Position numbers and translations under genes: made by a program. 64,000 nt of DNA from Hypanus sabinus (taxonomy: Eukaryota), in assembly GCF_030144855.1 (NCBI RefSeq), contig NC_082736.1, positions 6,014,001 to 6,078,000 on the forward strand, written 5' to 3'. Position 1 is the first letter of the stretch, and the number at the start of each line of letters is the position of its first letter. Below the pieces are notes generated by a model. That model did not search any database. It saw nothing but the letters and a program-made list of their open reading frames with translations, and was not told the DNA's origin. Positions 12,630 to 26,509 of this stretch are shown piece by piece.

Positions 12630-15403
12630 ACAAATACCTGTACCACCTTTTTATTTCTTCCTTCGCTAACAGGTCACACTGGGATTACCCCCGTCCCCAT
12701 GACAGAGTTTCTGCTTAATTTGTCTCTTTTGTTAGAACCAATATGGACACGACCTCTGGCTGCTCACCCTGCCCTTTCAGAATGGCCTGTACTTGTTCAG
12801 TTACATCCTTGGTCTTGGTACCAGGGAGGTAATGTACCATCCTGTGACTTATCTGTGACTTATACACTTATCTGTGACCCGGCTAAAGAATCCCTCATCA
12901 CTGAGGCTCACCGAGAACGCAGAACAGTACAGCACAGGAACAGACCCTTCTTCCCATGATGTCTGTGCTGAACACGATGTCAAATGAAACTAAATCTCTT
13001 CAGCCTGTGTTTATCTAAGACCCTGACAAATGTCCTTATCATATCTGCTTCCAGCACTCCCCGTGGCAGCCCAAACCCAGCCCTCACCACTCTCTGTACG
13101 GAAACAGAAATCTTCCCTGCCCTGAAATTCACCTTTAAATTCTCACCTGGTGTTTTAAAGCTGTGCCTTCTCATATTTAATATTTCTACCCTGGGGAAGT
13201 GATTCTGACTGTCTACCTTGTCTACACCTCTCATAGTTTTATAAACTTCTGTCAGGTCTCCCCTCAGCCTCCGTCACTCCAGGGAAAACAGTCCCAGTCA
13301 GTCTGATCTTTCCTTGTAACTCAAGCCCCCAGTCCAGGTTCCATTCCTGTGAATCGTTTCTGCGTCTTTCCAGCTTAATGACATCCTTCCCCTCGTGGTG
13401 ACCAGAACTGCACAGGGTACTCCTGGTGTGGGGTAATTATTGATTTGTACAACTGTAATGTGATGTCCCAACTCCTCTCAGAGCCTTTGCCAATGAAGGT
13501 AAGCATGTCGTGCACCTTCTTCACCACCTTGTCTACATGTGTTGGCACTTTCCGGGAACTATGTACCTGTGCCTCAGGTTTATCTTTTCATCAACACTCC
13601 TCAGGACCCTGACATTCACTGGGTATGTCCTACCTGCTTTAACTTCCGAAAATCCATCAATGTGCATTTGTCTGACACTGTAACAACACTGCTCTGTTTC
13701 TCTGCACTAATGCCCCAGCAATAAATGTCAATGAACCATTCACCTTTGAACTTTGGTCATATATGGTCTTATGAACCCCTCACTGCACCCGTCACTATTT
13801 TGTTGTTCAGGCAACATCTCGACCCCTCTCTGTTTCTCTCATTTACAATTTATCTCCCCATCATAGTCTGACTTCTGATTTCTCCTGCCACTTTACATGC
13901 CATCACGCTTTGCCACCTTAAACTCCATTTTCCAAATATTCTACTCACCGACTTCTTATCCTGTTGGAGAGATCAAATGTCCAATCACACATGTCCCCCA
14001 CTACATTCCCTGTTATTGACAACCATGGATTCCTCCCTCCTCTGGGTTATTAAAATCAGTAATAAATCATTGGCAATCCATAACTGGTTGCTGGGACACT
14101 CCACAAGTTATATCATCCCAGTCTGAATCAGACCTGTTATTCTGTCTCAGTATGATAACCAGTTTTCAGTCAATATTAACACACTTCCTTCCCAGTACTG
14201 AGCTCTGGTCTTGTGCACCAGCCTTTCATGTGGCACCTTGGCAAATGGCTCCTGAAAATCCAAAATCACCACTTCTCCAACTTCCCCTGTAAAGTCTCAA
14301 ATCTCTGGTATGTTTGTCAAACGTGACTTAACATTCAGTAACCCAGGTTACAGAGACAAAAACCAGGTTCCAGATGGACAGGGTGGTGACGAGGCTTTTG
14401 GAACACTGGCCTTCAGTCAGGGCACCGAATATAGAAGCTGGGATGAAATGGTGCAGTTGTACAACACGTTGGTTTGGCCGCATTTCATAAATAGTGTTTA
14501 GTTTTAGTGACCATGCAGTATGACAGGCACCATTGAGCTGGAAATAGTGCAGAGGTGATTTATGGGGATGTAGTTGGATCTCGAAGGACTGATTTGTGGA
14601 AAGTGTTTTGGACTATTTTCACTGGAAAGTTGGAGAATCAGTGCTGATATTGCAGAGGTGTATTAAATAATAAGGGGCCTGGGTTGGGTCAAAGATAACT
14701 ATTTTTGTCAGGGTTGGGGAATCAAGAACTAGAGGGCATTGGTTTAAGATGAGATTTAATAGGAGCCTGAAGGGCAACTTTTCCACACACAGGCTGGTCA
14801 GTGTATGGAGTGAGCTGCCGGGGGGGTGGTTGAGTCAGGTATATTTAAGAAAAGTACTTGGACAGGTAGATGGGAAGGAAAGGTTTTGAAGGATATGGGA
14901 TAAGGAGGAGGATAGCCTTGTTCTTAATGTGGTGGTGAGGGGGTTACAGACCACAAGCTCAGATGGGAACTTTGGTCAGCGTGGACCATTTGAGCTGAAG
15001 GGCTCGTTTCTGTGCTGTGTGAATCTGACTGTAAACCCTGTTGACTTAGTTCAATCACATTAATCTTTTCTAAATGACTTGTTATTTCTTCACAGATTAT
15101 AGACTCCAGTAGCTGAAGTGAAGTTAACTGAACTACAGTCACCTGGTTTATCTTCCACCCTTCTTCAACAATGGTTTTCAACTCCACTGGGACCTTTCCG
15201 TAACAGTGAGTTTTGACAGACTTCAATGTCTCTACTTTCTCTCCAGACTTCAGTGCAGATCATTGGGATCTGGAAATGTTTGCTTTTAGTCCCATTAGTT
15301 TCTCCCTCGTGATGACGGTTGTTACACATTATTGCACAATATTGAAATGTCAGCATCAGATATCTGTGGGATGTTTGCTGTGTCCCCACTGTGAACACTA
15401 ATT
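12443..15403 (+). repeat. Segmental duplication block A2 (inverted copy at 60064-62815), mostly CR1 fragments
   Basis: Matching ORFs 14924..15226(-)/60309..60545(+), 15213..15401(+)/60066..60254(-), 12984..13202(+)/62007..62207(-). About 270 bp (13819-14095) is absent from the right copy. Confidence 0.92.
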
Positions 15404-15572
15404 CCCTGTCGGTCCTACGTTCAGTGCAGGCTGGCAATCCTGTGACACCGCTGGTGCCTGACTCCATCGGTCTCTGCTGTTACTCTGGGTTCATCAGCTT
15501 CTGCATGGGCAACAGCTTGCTTTACGTATCGTACTGCCCTGGTCTGCATATGGACTTCGACAGCCAGGGCGC

Positions 15573-16330
15573 AATATCCATGATCGTCCCTGACCAGCAG
15601 AGGGCCATCACCAACATGTCTGTCCACGGCCTCCTCTCCTGCTACGATGAGGCCAAATACAGGTTGGATGAGCAGCACCTCGTGTTTTCATTGTGTAGCC
15701 TCCAATCTTGATGGCATGAACATTGATTTCTCCAAATTCTGGATATCACTACACTCTGTTTCGTTCACGCCCACTTCTTTCCCACATTCTGATGCAATTT
15801 AATCCCTTCACCTCTCCTGACGCACCCTCATGACCTGCCCATCATCTCTCTCTGATTCTTTACCTCCTTCGTGTCATCCCAATTTCCGACATTCTCTCCT
15901 ATTAGATTCCTTTCTCTTCATCTCTTTGACTTTTCTGCCTGTCACCCAGCTCCTTATATCATCATCCCTCTACAAACCACACACCCCGCTCACTTGTCCT
16001 CCCCCACCACCTTATCCTGGCTTTTGTCCCTTTCTTTCTCATCCCGATGAGGTTCTGAGCCCGAAATGTCAACTGTTTGCTGAGTTCCTGCAGTATTTTG
16101 TGCGTGTTTGCTTCAGTCTGTGTGTTGATTAAGCTGATCAAACTGGTACAGTGGAAGAGGAATTTGTGGAGTGGTCAGAGACAGTTACTTACAGCAGGAT
16201 CTTACCCAGGAACAGGCCATTTCTGATGTAATCTGTGTAATGAGGTGGGATTACAGAGAGATCTTGTGGTGAAGGATCCCTCAGTAAGTGATCACAATGA
16301 GGGTGAACTCCAGACCACAGATTGAGGGTG
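15573..16330 (+). repeat. Segmental duplication block B (direct copy at 58936-59699); PLE 3' end plus CR1 endonuclease fragment
   Basis: Same-strand match, e.g. ORFs 15830..16132 and 58991..59452; both copies end at cagaccacagattgagggtg. Confidence 0.9.
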
Positions 16331-16873
16331 AATTCAGGGTCCAGGTTTCAGGTCAGGGTTTTCCTTCCACTAGATGAGCTGCCAAGCATGGTTGACGAGC
16401 CCATCTGCCCATAGCAGTTGGTTGTATGACATTAGTAAACCAATTTGCACCTTCCCCCAACACTAGAAACAGTTCCATTGGGCTTAGTCGCTAAGCCATA
16501 TATTAAAGTCAGGAGCTGGATTTGGCTGACAGAGGCAATTTGGGAGCTTGTCCCATTATCACTCCACCACTGGTTAAGACAGCTGTAAGGCATATCAGTA
16601 TATGTCAGTATGTGAATGGGAAATGGAACTAGAATGCATTGCCACTGGCAGATTGTGGTTGTTGCAGCTCACAGAGCAAAGGAACTCGATGTAGTTTTAC
16701 CCCAATCTGCTTCTGCTTAAATCTCTCATGACAATCAGTGCTCCATTCTCATCTCTCTTTGATATTTCCTCTTTTGTGCGTTATCCCATCTGGAGGAACA
16801 CCTGAGGATCTTGAGACCACTCCTCTCCGTGTCTTCTTTCCCTCCCCTTTCACCAACACCGTCCCTACATGTA

Positions 16874-19800
16874 AAGTGCCTATGAAAAGTATTCATGCCC
16901 CTTGGAAGTTTTCATGTTTTATTGTTTTACGATTTTGAATCACAGTGGATTTTATTTGGCTTTTTTTACCTGATCAACAGAAAAGGACTCTTGTGTCAAA
17001 GTGAAAACAGATCTCTACAAAGTGCTCTAAATTAATTACAGATAGAAGTCACAAAATAATTGTCTGTATAAGTATTCACCTCCTTTAATTTAACACACCA
17101 AGTCATCACTGGTGCAGCCAATTGGTTTTAGGAGTTACATTTAAAGTTAAATGGAGATCACCATGTGCAGTCAAGCTGTTTCAATTGACTGTAGTAAAAT
17201 ACACAACTGTTCGGAGTCAGTATTCTGGCAAAGACTCCACCATGAAGACAAAAGGACACTCCAAGTAGCTAAGCAAAAAGCTTATTGAAAAGCACGAGTC
17301 AGGAGACTGATACAAGAAAATTTCCAAGTCACTGAATACCCTTGGAGTCCAGTTTAGTCATAGAAACATAGAAAACCTATAGCACCCTACAGGCCCTTCG
17401 GCCCGGAGCGTTGTGCCGAACATGTCCTTATCTTAGAAATTACCAGGCTCACCTATAGCTCTCTATTTTTTTGAAGCTCCATGGACCTATTGAAAAGCCT
17501 CTTAAAAGGCCCTATCGTATCCACTTCTACCACCGTTGCCGGCAGCCCATTCCATGCACTCACCACTCTCTGAGTAAAAAAACTTACCCCTGACATCTCC
17601 TCTGTACCTACTCCCCAGCACCTTAAACCTGTGTCCTCTTGTGGCAGCCATTTCAGCCTTGGGAAAAAGCCTCTGACTATCGACACAATCAATGCCTCTC
17701 ATCATCTTGTACACCTCAATCAGGTCACCTCTCATCCTCCTTTGCTGCAAAGAGAATAGGCTGAGTTCATTCAACCTATTCTCATAAGGCATTTTCCCCA
17801 ATCCAGGCAATGTCTTTGTAAATCTCCTCTGCACCCTTTCTATGGCTTCCACATCCTTCCTGTAGAGGGGTGACCAGAACTGAACACAGTTCTCCAAGTG
17901 GGTTCTGACCAAGGTTGCGTATAGCTGCAACATTACCTCTCGGCTCCTAAATTCAATTCCACGATTGATGAAGGCCAATACACCGTATGCCTTTTTGACC
18001 ACTGCGCCAACCTGCGCAGCTGCTTTGTGCGTCTGTACACTCGGACCCCAGGATCTCTCTGATCCTCCACACTGCAAAGAAACTTACCATTAATACTATG
18101 TTCTGCCATCATATTTGACCAATCAAAATGAACCACTTCAGACTTATCTGGGTTGAACTCCATCTGCCGTTCCTCAGCCCAGTTTTGCATCCTATCAATG
18201 TCCCTCCGTAACCTTTGACAGCCGTCCACAGTGTCCATTACTCTTCCAACCTTTGTGTCATCAGCAAACTTACCAACCCATCCCTCCACTTCCTCATCTA
18301 GGACATTTATAAAGCTCACGAAGGGTCCCAGAACTGGTGACCGACCTCCATCCGGAATATGACCCATCTACAACCATTCTTTGCCTTCTGTGGGCAAGCG
18401 AGTTTTGGATCCACAAAGCAATGTCCCCTTGTTTCCCATGCTTCCTTACATTCTCAGTAAGCCATGCATGGGGTACCTTATCAAATGCCTTGCTGAAGTC
18501 CATATGCACTCTATCTACTGCTCTTCCTTCATGAATGTGTTTAGTTACATCCTCAAAAAATCCAATCAGGCTTGTAAGGCACATCCTGTCCTTGACAAAG
18601 CCATGCTGACTACTCCTGATCATATCATAGCTCTCCAAATCTTCATAAATCCTGCCTCTCAGGATCTTCTCCATCATCTTCCCAACCACTGAGGTAAGAC
18701 TCACGGGTCTGTAATTTCCTGGGTTATCTCTACTCCCTTTCTTGAAGAAAGGAACAACATCCACAATCCTCCAATTCTCTGGAACCTCTCCTTTCCCCAT
18801 TGATGGTGCAAAGATCATTGCCAGAGGCTCAGCAATCTCCACCCTTCGCCTACCCCATGTAGCCTGGGGTACATTTCGTCTGGTCCAAGTGATTTATCCA
18901 ACTTTCCAAAAGCTCCAGGCCATCCTCTTTCTTAATATCTATATGCTCAAGCTTTTCAGTCTGCTACAAGTCATCACGACAATCACTAAGATCCTTTTCC
19001 ATAGTGAATACTGAAGTAAAGTATTCATCAGGTACCTCTGCTATTTCCTCCTGTTGCATACACGCTTTCCCACTGTCACACTTGATAGGTCCTATTCTTT
19101 CATATCTTATCCTCTTGCTCTTCACATACTTGTAGAATGCCTTGGGGTTTTCCTTAATCCTGCCCGCCAAGGCCTTCTAATTTCCTCCTTAAGCACCTTC
19201 CCAGTAGCCTTATAAGCTTCTAGATCTCTATCATCCAGAAGTGGAAAGAATATGGCACAGTTGTAAACCTACCTCAAGCAGACAGTGTTCAAAAATTGTG
19301 CAACTGTGCAAGAAGAGAACTAGAGAAAGAGGCTGCCAAAACACCTTTGATAACTGTTGATAACCCAAGCTTCCCTGGCTAAACTGGGAGAGATTTTGCA
19401 TACAATAATAGTTGCCCAGGTGTTTCACCTGCCACAGGTTTGTCAGGGAGTGGCAAAGAGAAAGCCACTGTTGAAAAAAGCTCTCATGAAATCTCACCTG
19501 GAGTTTGTCAGAGGACGAGGGGGACTCTGAAGCCAGCTGGAAGAAGGTTCTATGGTCTGAAACTAAAATAGAACTTTTTTTGCAATCAGACTAAACTCGT
19601 AAGTTTGATGTAAGCCGAACACTGCACATCATCAAAAACACACCTTTCCTACAGTCGAGAATGGTGCATTGTGCTTCACGGCAGCAAGCCCTGGAAAGCT
19701 TGTGAAGGTAGAGGGTAAAATGAATGCAGCAAAATACAGGGAAATCCTGTTAGAAAACGTAACGCAGTCTGCAAGAAAACTGAGACTTAGGAGAAGGTTT

Positions 19801-20110
19801 GTTTTCCAGCAAGACAATGACCACGAGCTTAAAACCAAAGCTGCATAGGAATGCTTTAAAACAGCAAAGTTAATGTCCTAGAGTGGCCAAGTCAGAGTCC
19901 AGACTTCAGTCTGTAGTTGGATTTGAAAAGAGCTTTTCACTCACAAACTGTATGCATTCTGACAGATCTTGAGTAGTTTTGTAAGGAAGAATCGGGAAAA
20001 ATTGCAGTGTCCAGATGTGCAAAGCTGATAGAGACCTATCCACACAGACTCAAGGCTGTAATTACTGCCAATGGTGCATCAATTAAATACTGACTTGAAG
20101 GAGCTGAATA
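16874..20110 (+). mobile_element. Degenerate Tc1-family DNA transposon, split by a CR1 insertion
   Basis: TA then TIR-like (c/a)agtgcctatgaaaagtattc. Transposase N-terminus starts MKTK at ~17242 and resumes at ~19231. Remnants WKKVLWS, FQQDND and WPSQSPD. Right TIR incomplete. Confidence 0.85.
17361..19230 (-). mobile_element. CR1 LINE, 5'-truncated, inserted in the Tc1 transposase
   Basis: RT motifs NYRPVSLTSVVGK, DFSKAFDKVPH, FADDTK, LVRTHLENCVQFWSP in frameshifted ORFs 17453-19170; tail tagaaacatagaaaacc at 17361. Confidence 0.93.
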
Positions 20111-20129
20111 CGCCTACCTGGACATGGTC

Positions 20130-21660
20130 CATTCCCTGTACGTTTGTATGCCTGTCTTAATACATGACTCCCTTACTCTTATACTCAACACCCTGACCAT
20201 TGGGGACCAGCATTCTGTACACCTTATCCCGTTGTGTAGCCACGTTCAGTGAACTATCTGCCTGGATCCCAAGTTCACTCTTTTCACCAATGCTGGGAAG
20301 GAGCCAATCATTAACATTATACTTTTTCTTTCATTTGACCTCCCAAAGTGCAATACCGCATTCCCTCCCATATTAAATACCTTCTGCAACTTCTCTGCAT
20401 ATCTGTTTGTGATCTGTGTGCATTGATCAATGTTTACACTGTCCACGATTCCACCAATCTTGCTGTCACATGTAAACTTGTAAACCACCCATCAACATTT
20501 TCATCCAAACATTGATATATATCACACTCAGCATAATTCCAGCATCAATCCTTGTGGGTCACCACTGTTCCCGGACTTCCAGCACTATTTTGCCTTCTAT
20601 GAGGAATCCATTTCTGAATTGAAATAGCAATTTATATTGAATCCCACTAAGATCTGTAGAGATCATGTCCACAGTCTTGCCGTCATCAAGCACCAAGATG
20701 TCGGGGCTGATTCTTTTTATGTTATGTGCCAATGATTTGAATGATGTAGTTGATGGATTTGTTGCAAAATTTGCAGATGATATGAAGAGACAGGTGGATG
20801 TGCAGGAATTTTTGAGGAAATAGGGAAAGACAGACAGATGAAGAGAATAGGCAAAGAAGTGGCAGATGGAATACAGAATTGGGAAATGTATGGTCATGCA
20901 TTTCAGTTGAAGAGATATTAGGGTTGACTATTTTCTAAAGGGAGAAAAGATACAGAAAAAATGAGGTGCAGAGGGATTTGGGAGTCATTGTGCTTGTTCT
21001 GTAAAGGTTAATTTGCAGGTTGAGACTGTGGTGAGGAAGGCAAATGTGAAGTTAACATTCATTTCAAGAGGACCAGAATATAAGAGCAAGGATGTGATGT
21101 TGAGACTTTATGAAGTACTGGTGAGGTCTCACTTGGAGTATTGGGAGCAGTTTTGGGCCCTTTATCTTAGGAAGGATGAGCTGAAACCGAATGGGTTTCA
21201 AATGAGATTCTCAAAAATGATTCCAGGATTAAACAGCTTGTCGAATGAAGGGTGTTTGATGTCTCTTGGCCTTTATTCCCTGGAAGTTAGAACAATGAGG
21301 GATGACGAATTGAAACCTATCGAATGGTGAAAGACCTTGATAAAGTTGATGTGGAGAGGATGGGAGTGTCTAAGACCAGAGGACACAGCCTCAGAAGAGA
21401 GGGACATACTTTTAGAATGGAGATGAGGAAGAATTTCCTCAGAGAGAGTGGTGAATCTGTGGAATTCATTGCCACAGGCGGCAGCTGTGGAGGCCAAGTC
21501 TTTAGGTATTTAAGGCAGAAGTTGATTGGTTCTTGATTGCTCAGTGCATGAAGGGATACAGGGAGAAGGCAGGAGATTGGGGCTGAGAGGAAAAATGTCT
21601 CAGCCAAGATGAAAAGAGAGAGCAGACTTGATGGGCCAAATAGCCTAATTCTATGTTATA
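20130..21660. mobile_element. CR1 LINE fragments in both orientations
   Basis: Minus: YKFTCDSKIGG (20246..20488). Plus: KFADD and LVRSHLEYWEQFWALY (21013..21330). Confidence 0.8.
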
Positions 21661-23482
21661 TCTGTATCACCACCACTGAATCTTCGATCAATTTTGTCAA
21701 GCATGATGTGTCCACACAAAACCATCAAGCAAGCCATGCCTTTCCAAGTGTGCATGAGTCCTGTAGCTCAATATCGACTCGGATCTGCTGGTCTTTAAAC
21801 AACTCCCACATGTCAGGCCTGGACTTGTCAAACAGTGGCTTCTCCCAATCAATGCCCCTTGGCTTCTGTCTGACTGCATTCTAACTGGCCCTTCTGGGAT
21901 TTAGTACCTTCATACAGGATCTAATGTTATTCTTACTCATAAGTAAGAGAAATATAAGATCCCAAAATATTCACTGACTCTCAGCTGTCAGCTGGCCTGG
22001 TTTATTTCTGAAAAACTAATTCCTGTCTGTTTTGAACTCTGATTGGGCTCTACATAATGTTTCAAACACTCCTCAGATTCACTGAGCCAGTCTGGAATAT
22101 CTTAGCAATAAGCAAGTTGCAGTCAATTCTATGGAAGATAAAAGTCCCCCACTTGTTACTGGGGAGGGACAATTCAATAATCCTGTCAGTGTAACTGAAG
22201 TTTGCTGTTGTAAATGAACCCTCCAGTTTGCTGTGACATTCTCAGTTGTGTAACCTTTGCACCTTTTAACCCCCTTCCCCCCACTCACATGTAAAACATT
22301 CAGACCCAGGAATGTTGAGCTGCCAGCCCTGTCTATCTGACACATACTCCCAATGTTGAAATAACATCATTTCATCCCATCAGTCCCTCCACTGGCCTGA
22401 CATCGGCTCTCGTTCTGTTCAGACTGTCTTGTCATACACACATTCTCCCATTTGCTACTCCAGTTCAAACTCCGCCAACTGACACCATCAAACCTCCTGG
22501 TGAGGATATTGGTTCCCCTCCGGTGCAGATGGAGATGGTCTTGTTTGTCCCGGTCTCCCACCTGACTGGATGGGAGCCCATTGATCCATGAATCTGAAGA
22601 CTTCCCTCCTGCATCAGTTCCTCAGCAACATATTAAACTGCACAACATATCAATTTCTCACCGCACAACCACATGGTTTGGGTCGTAATTCTGTAATTAT
22701 AATCCTGGAAGTCCTGCTGTTTTAACCTAGTTCCCGAAAATCAATTTGTAGGACCTCATACCTGCTCGTTGAAACCTTTCCGTGTCACACGAAGAAAGCT
22801 TCCAGTAAACATATTGACTCTCCTCCTCATTGGACCTGTCTCACCTTCATTTCGAGAGGCAAATGATCCTTGTGCCTGAAGCCCCACCCACCTCGCACCA
22901 CCTCCTCAGCCACCCCTTATCTGGGCTTTGGAAGGCGCCAGAAGCGCGGTCTGTATATCCTTATATCTGCCTATGTATCCTGTTCCTTTATGTGACCGGA
23001 CTTTCATTTCCCTCGCGACCCAGAGGAACAATTGTTCTAATGAATTAACCCTCTCATCACTGGAAGTGACTGCACCCTCGCCCACCAACTGCTGTGTGTC
23101 AGGACACTCAAACTGGTCCTGGGGCCGGGGAGGGACAGTCCGAGGTTCTCGGGGATTTGCGGAATGGAAAAGCACTTCCTATAATTTAAAGCAGGAGAAT
23201 CAGCAAATTTCCAGAAATCCTCCAGTCTGTATGTGATGTGTGAGTTAGTTTTTTTTCCGCTAGAGCGCTTTCTGTCGGATAGACTGTTGGAAATTGGCGG
23301 GTGTGGTAAAGTGAAGGCGGAGCTGGACGATGAGAGGCCGCTCTCGGCTCTGTCCGTCACACTGACTCTGTCTCCTCCCCTCCCCGCCTCTGTCTCTCTG
23401 CGCGTTTCTCAGGCAGGTCGGGGCGCTGTGTATAAAAGGAGACATCAGCAGTCGGTTTGTCACGGAGCAGCGACCTGAGTGA

Positions 23483-23803
<321 letters not shown>

Positions 23804-23836
23804 AAAACTCCCACTTCCTCCCGAGAACAACACAAA

Positions 23837-23852
23837 GGCTCTTCTAAGAGCC
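23837..23852 (+). terminator. Histone mRNA 3' stem-loop (H4)
   Basis: GGCTCT-TCTA-AGAGCC followed by ACCCA and purine-rich HDE (cagagggag). Confidence 0.96.
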
Positions 23853-24287
23853 ACCCACCGCCTCACAGAGGGAGCCGTGTCCACAACCTTTTAATTATTT
23901 TTGTCGATATATTTGGCTGAGCTACTTTTGAAGCAGATTAATCCGTTCCGCTTGAAATATCCCTGCGATTCTGCCTTTTCAGTCGGTGATTACGGCAGAA
24001 GCTCTGAATGCATTAAGATCGATCAGCATCCCCTTGTCCGTCTCGGACAGAAATCAGTTCCCTCATTCAGAGAAACGATTCTGTAATCATCCATTTAAAT
24101 CTTCACTGAGACAATTATATATCAAATGAAACTGAAATTGTAGAATCCGTGATACAATTAATGGTAAATAATATAAAAAAGTAATCAAGCACCGTTGCTG
24201 GGTGCTCTGAAATTGGCGGGCGATTTGAAATTAATCCTGCGCCAATCACTCTGTATTCTGATTGCATGAAGTGCGACAGCCAGTAAC

Positions 24288-24501
24288 TTTGTAGAAATCC
24301 TTCACTGTGGACGTGGTGTCTGAGGGAGTTTTCTTTCCCCTCTCTGGAGCGCTGTGTTTCGGATAGACCGTTGGAAATTGCCGGGTGAAGTAAAGTGAAG
24401 ACGGAGCTGGACGATGAGAGGCCGGTCTCTGCCCTGTCCGCCACCCTGACTCTGTCCCCTCACCTCCCCGCCTCTGTCTCTCTGCGCCTTTCTCGGGCAG
24501 G
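24288..24501 (+). pseudogene. Orphan duplicate of the H4 promoter, no TATA box or CDS
   Basis: Aligns with 23210-23418 (ggagctggacgatgagaggccg...ccccgcctctgtctctctgcgc); similarity stops just before the TATA box. Confidence 0.85.
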
Positions 24502-25325
24502 AGTAGTGGCAGAGGATTGGAGGATGGGTTATGTTATCCAGTCACGTAGGAAAGGATCGATGGAAAACCAAACACAAGACATTGTTCAGATTCTGGAGGG
24601 TCTCGGCTGAAACGTCGGCTGTTTACTGTTTCTCACAGATGCTGCCTGGCCTGCTGAGTTCCTCCAGCACTGTGCGGGTATCGCTGCAAGGAAAAGCCTG
24701 GGAGCTGAGTCAGGTCTGCTGCTGCAGTTCATTCATTAAAGACTCGGCTGACAATGTCAATGCCCGGCTCAGCAAATATGCAGATATCACTAAAGTGTGA
24801 AGAATGTGACCAGCAATACAACAGGACGGTGGTCAATGAGGTCAGTGATTTGAGTAATGACAGATAAATGTGAGAAAGAAAATAGGTGCAGGAGTAGTCC
24901 ATTCGGCCCTTCGAGTCTGCAAACAAGAACAAGAGATGTTCCGTTGTCATTGACGAACCAGGGCCGAACTGCCGTGGGGAATGTTCGGTCCCTGGGAGTG
25001 CTGTAAAACAGAGAGACATCGGGGTGCAGATATCGAATTCCTTCAGAGTGTAAACACAGGTCGGCAGGACGGTGAAGGTGGTGTTTGCCACACTTGCATT
25101 CATCGGGAGAGTATTGGGCACTGGACCGTGACGTCACATTACAGCTCTCCCAGCCTTGGGGAAACCACTCTTGGAGCAGGGCGTACAGTTATAGTTGCCC
25201 AGTGATCAGAGGGTGACATTAAACTGGAGAGGGTGCAAAAGGGATTTAACAGGAGGCTGGATAGGCTGGAACATTCTCACCAGAGTGTATGTGACATTAG
25301 AGAGGCTGATTAAATAATGGCAGGC

Positions 25326-26509
25326 TTGTTTTTCAGCCTTCTTGTATGGATCAAGCCTTTGTATTATGGGAAACGAGAGGTATAACATGTTTTCGTGATC
25401 TATTTTTGGACAACAGTTTTATGTCCTTTGAACAACTATCCAATAAACATAATTTGCCTAAAAGTCATTTTTTTAGATACTTGCAAGTTCGAAATCTCTT
25501 GAATAATATATTACAGACTTTTCCGAAACCATGTCCAATGGATATTACAGAATTTTTTTTAGCTCCGAATCCTTGCCGGAAGGGTTTAGTAGCCATCATT
25601 TATAACATGATCATGAAAATACAGCTAGAAGTATTAGAAAAAATTAAGAAGGAATGGGAAAAAGAACTTCACTGTCTTATACCTACAGCACAGTGGGAGA
25701 AAATGTTAGTTAGTCAATTCTTCTTCTATTTGTGCTAAACATGCCCTAACATAATTTTAGGTTGTCATAGGGCTCACATGTCCAAGGATAAATTTGTTCA
25801 ATTTTATTCTTATGTTAATCCAACCTGTGACATTCTGAAGTTGCTTCATTGACCCACGTGTTTTGGTCTTGCCCCTGTTTGCAAAATTATTGGAAAGATA
25901 TTTTTGATATTATTTCAACAGTTCTGAATATCAAATTGCAACCGCATCCTATTACTGCAATTTTCAGTTTACCAATGGTGGATAATAGTTGTTTATCCCC
26001 CTCAGCCCGACAGATGATTGCATTTGTTACAGTAATGGTTAGAAGATCTATACTGTTGAACTGGCAATAAATTAATCCTCGAACTATATTTCAGTTGTTT
26101 TCTCAAACTATTTCTTGTTTGAGTTTAGAAAAAAATTAGAAGGGTTGTTTTTGACCCTTCAGTTAAACTTGAGGAAACTTGGAGACCATTTATTCAACAT
26201 TTTCATATGAGCTAAACTGACTTTTCCTAAACCTTACTCTTATCATCCTTAATTATCCGGATGGAGGTGTGGAGTTATTGATGCTACTGCGTATAATTGA
26301 TATAATGCAATGGCCCATGTTGGTTAGGTTTTTTTGGGGTGGTTTTCATATTTTCTCCATTTTCTGTATTCACTATGATTTTGGGAGGTTATTATATATG
26401 GATTATGATCCATTTGTATTTATACTTTAACCTATGTACTCTCAAGCTCTTTGTATTCATGTTTCATTTATGTTTGTTTAAAATCAAAAAAACGATTTAG
26501 AAAGAAAGA
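25326..26509 (+). mobile_element. L1-clade LINE, 5'-truncated, with 14-bp TSD, inserted in a CR1 fragment
   Basis: L1 ORF2 C-terminal motifs FFRYLQVRN and THVFWSCPCLQNYW; A-rich tail; AAATAATGGCAGGC duplicated at 25312-25325 and 26510-26523. Confidence 0.9.
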
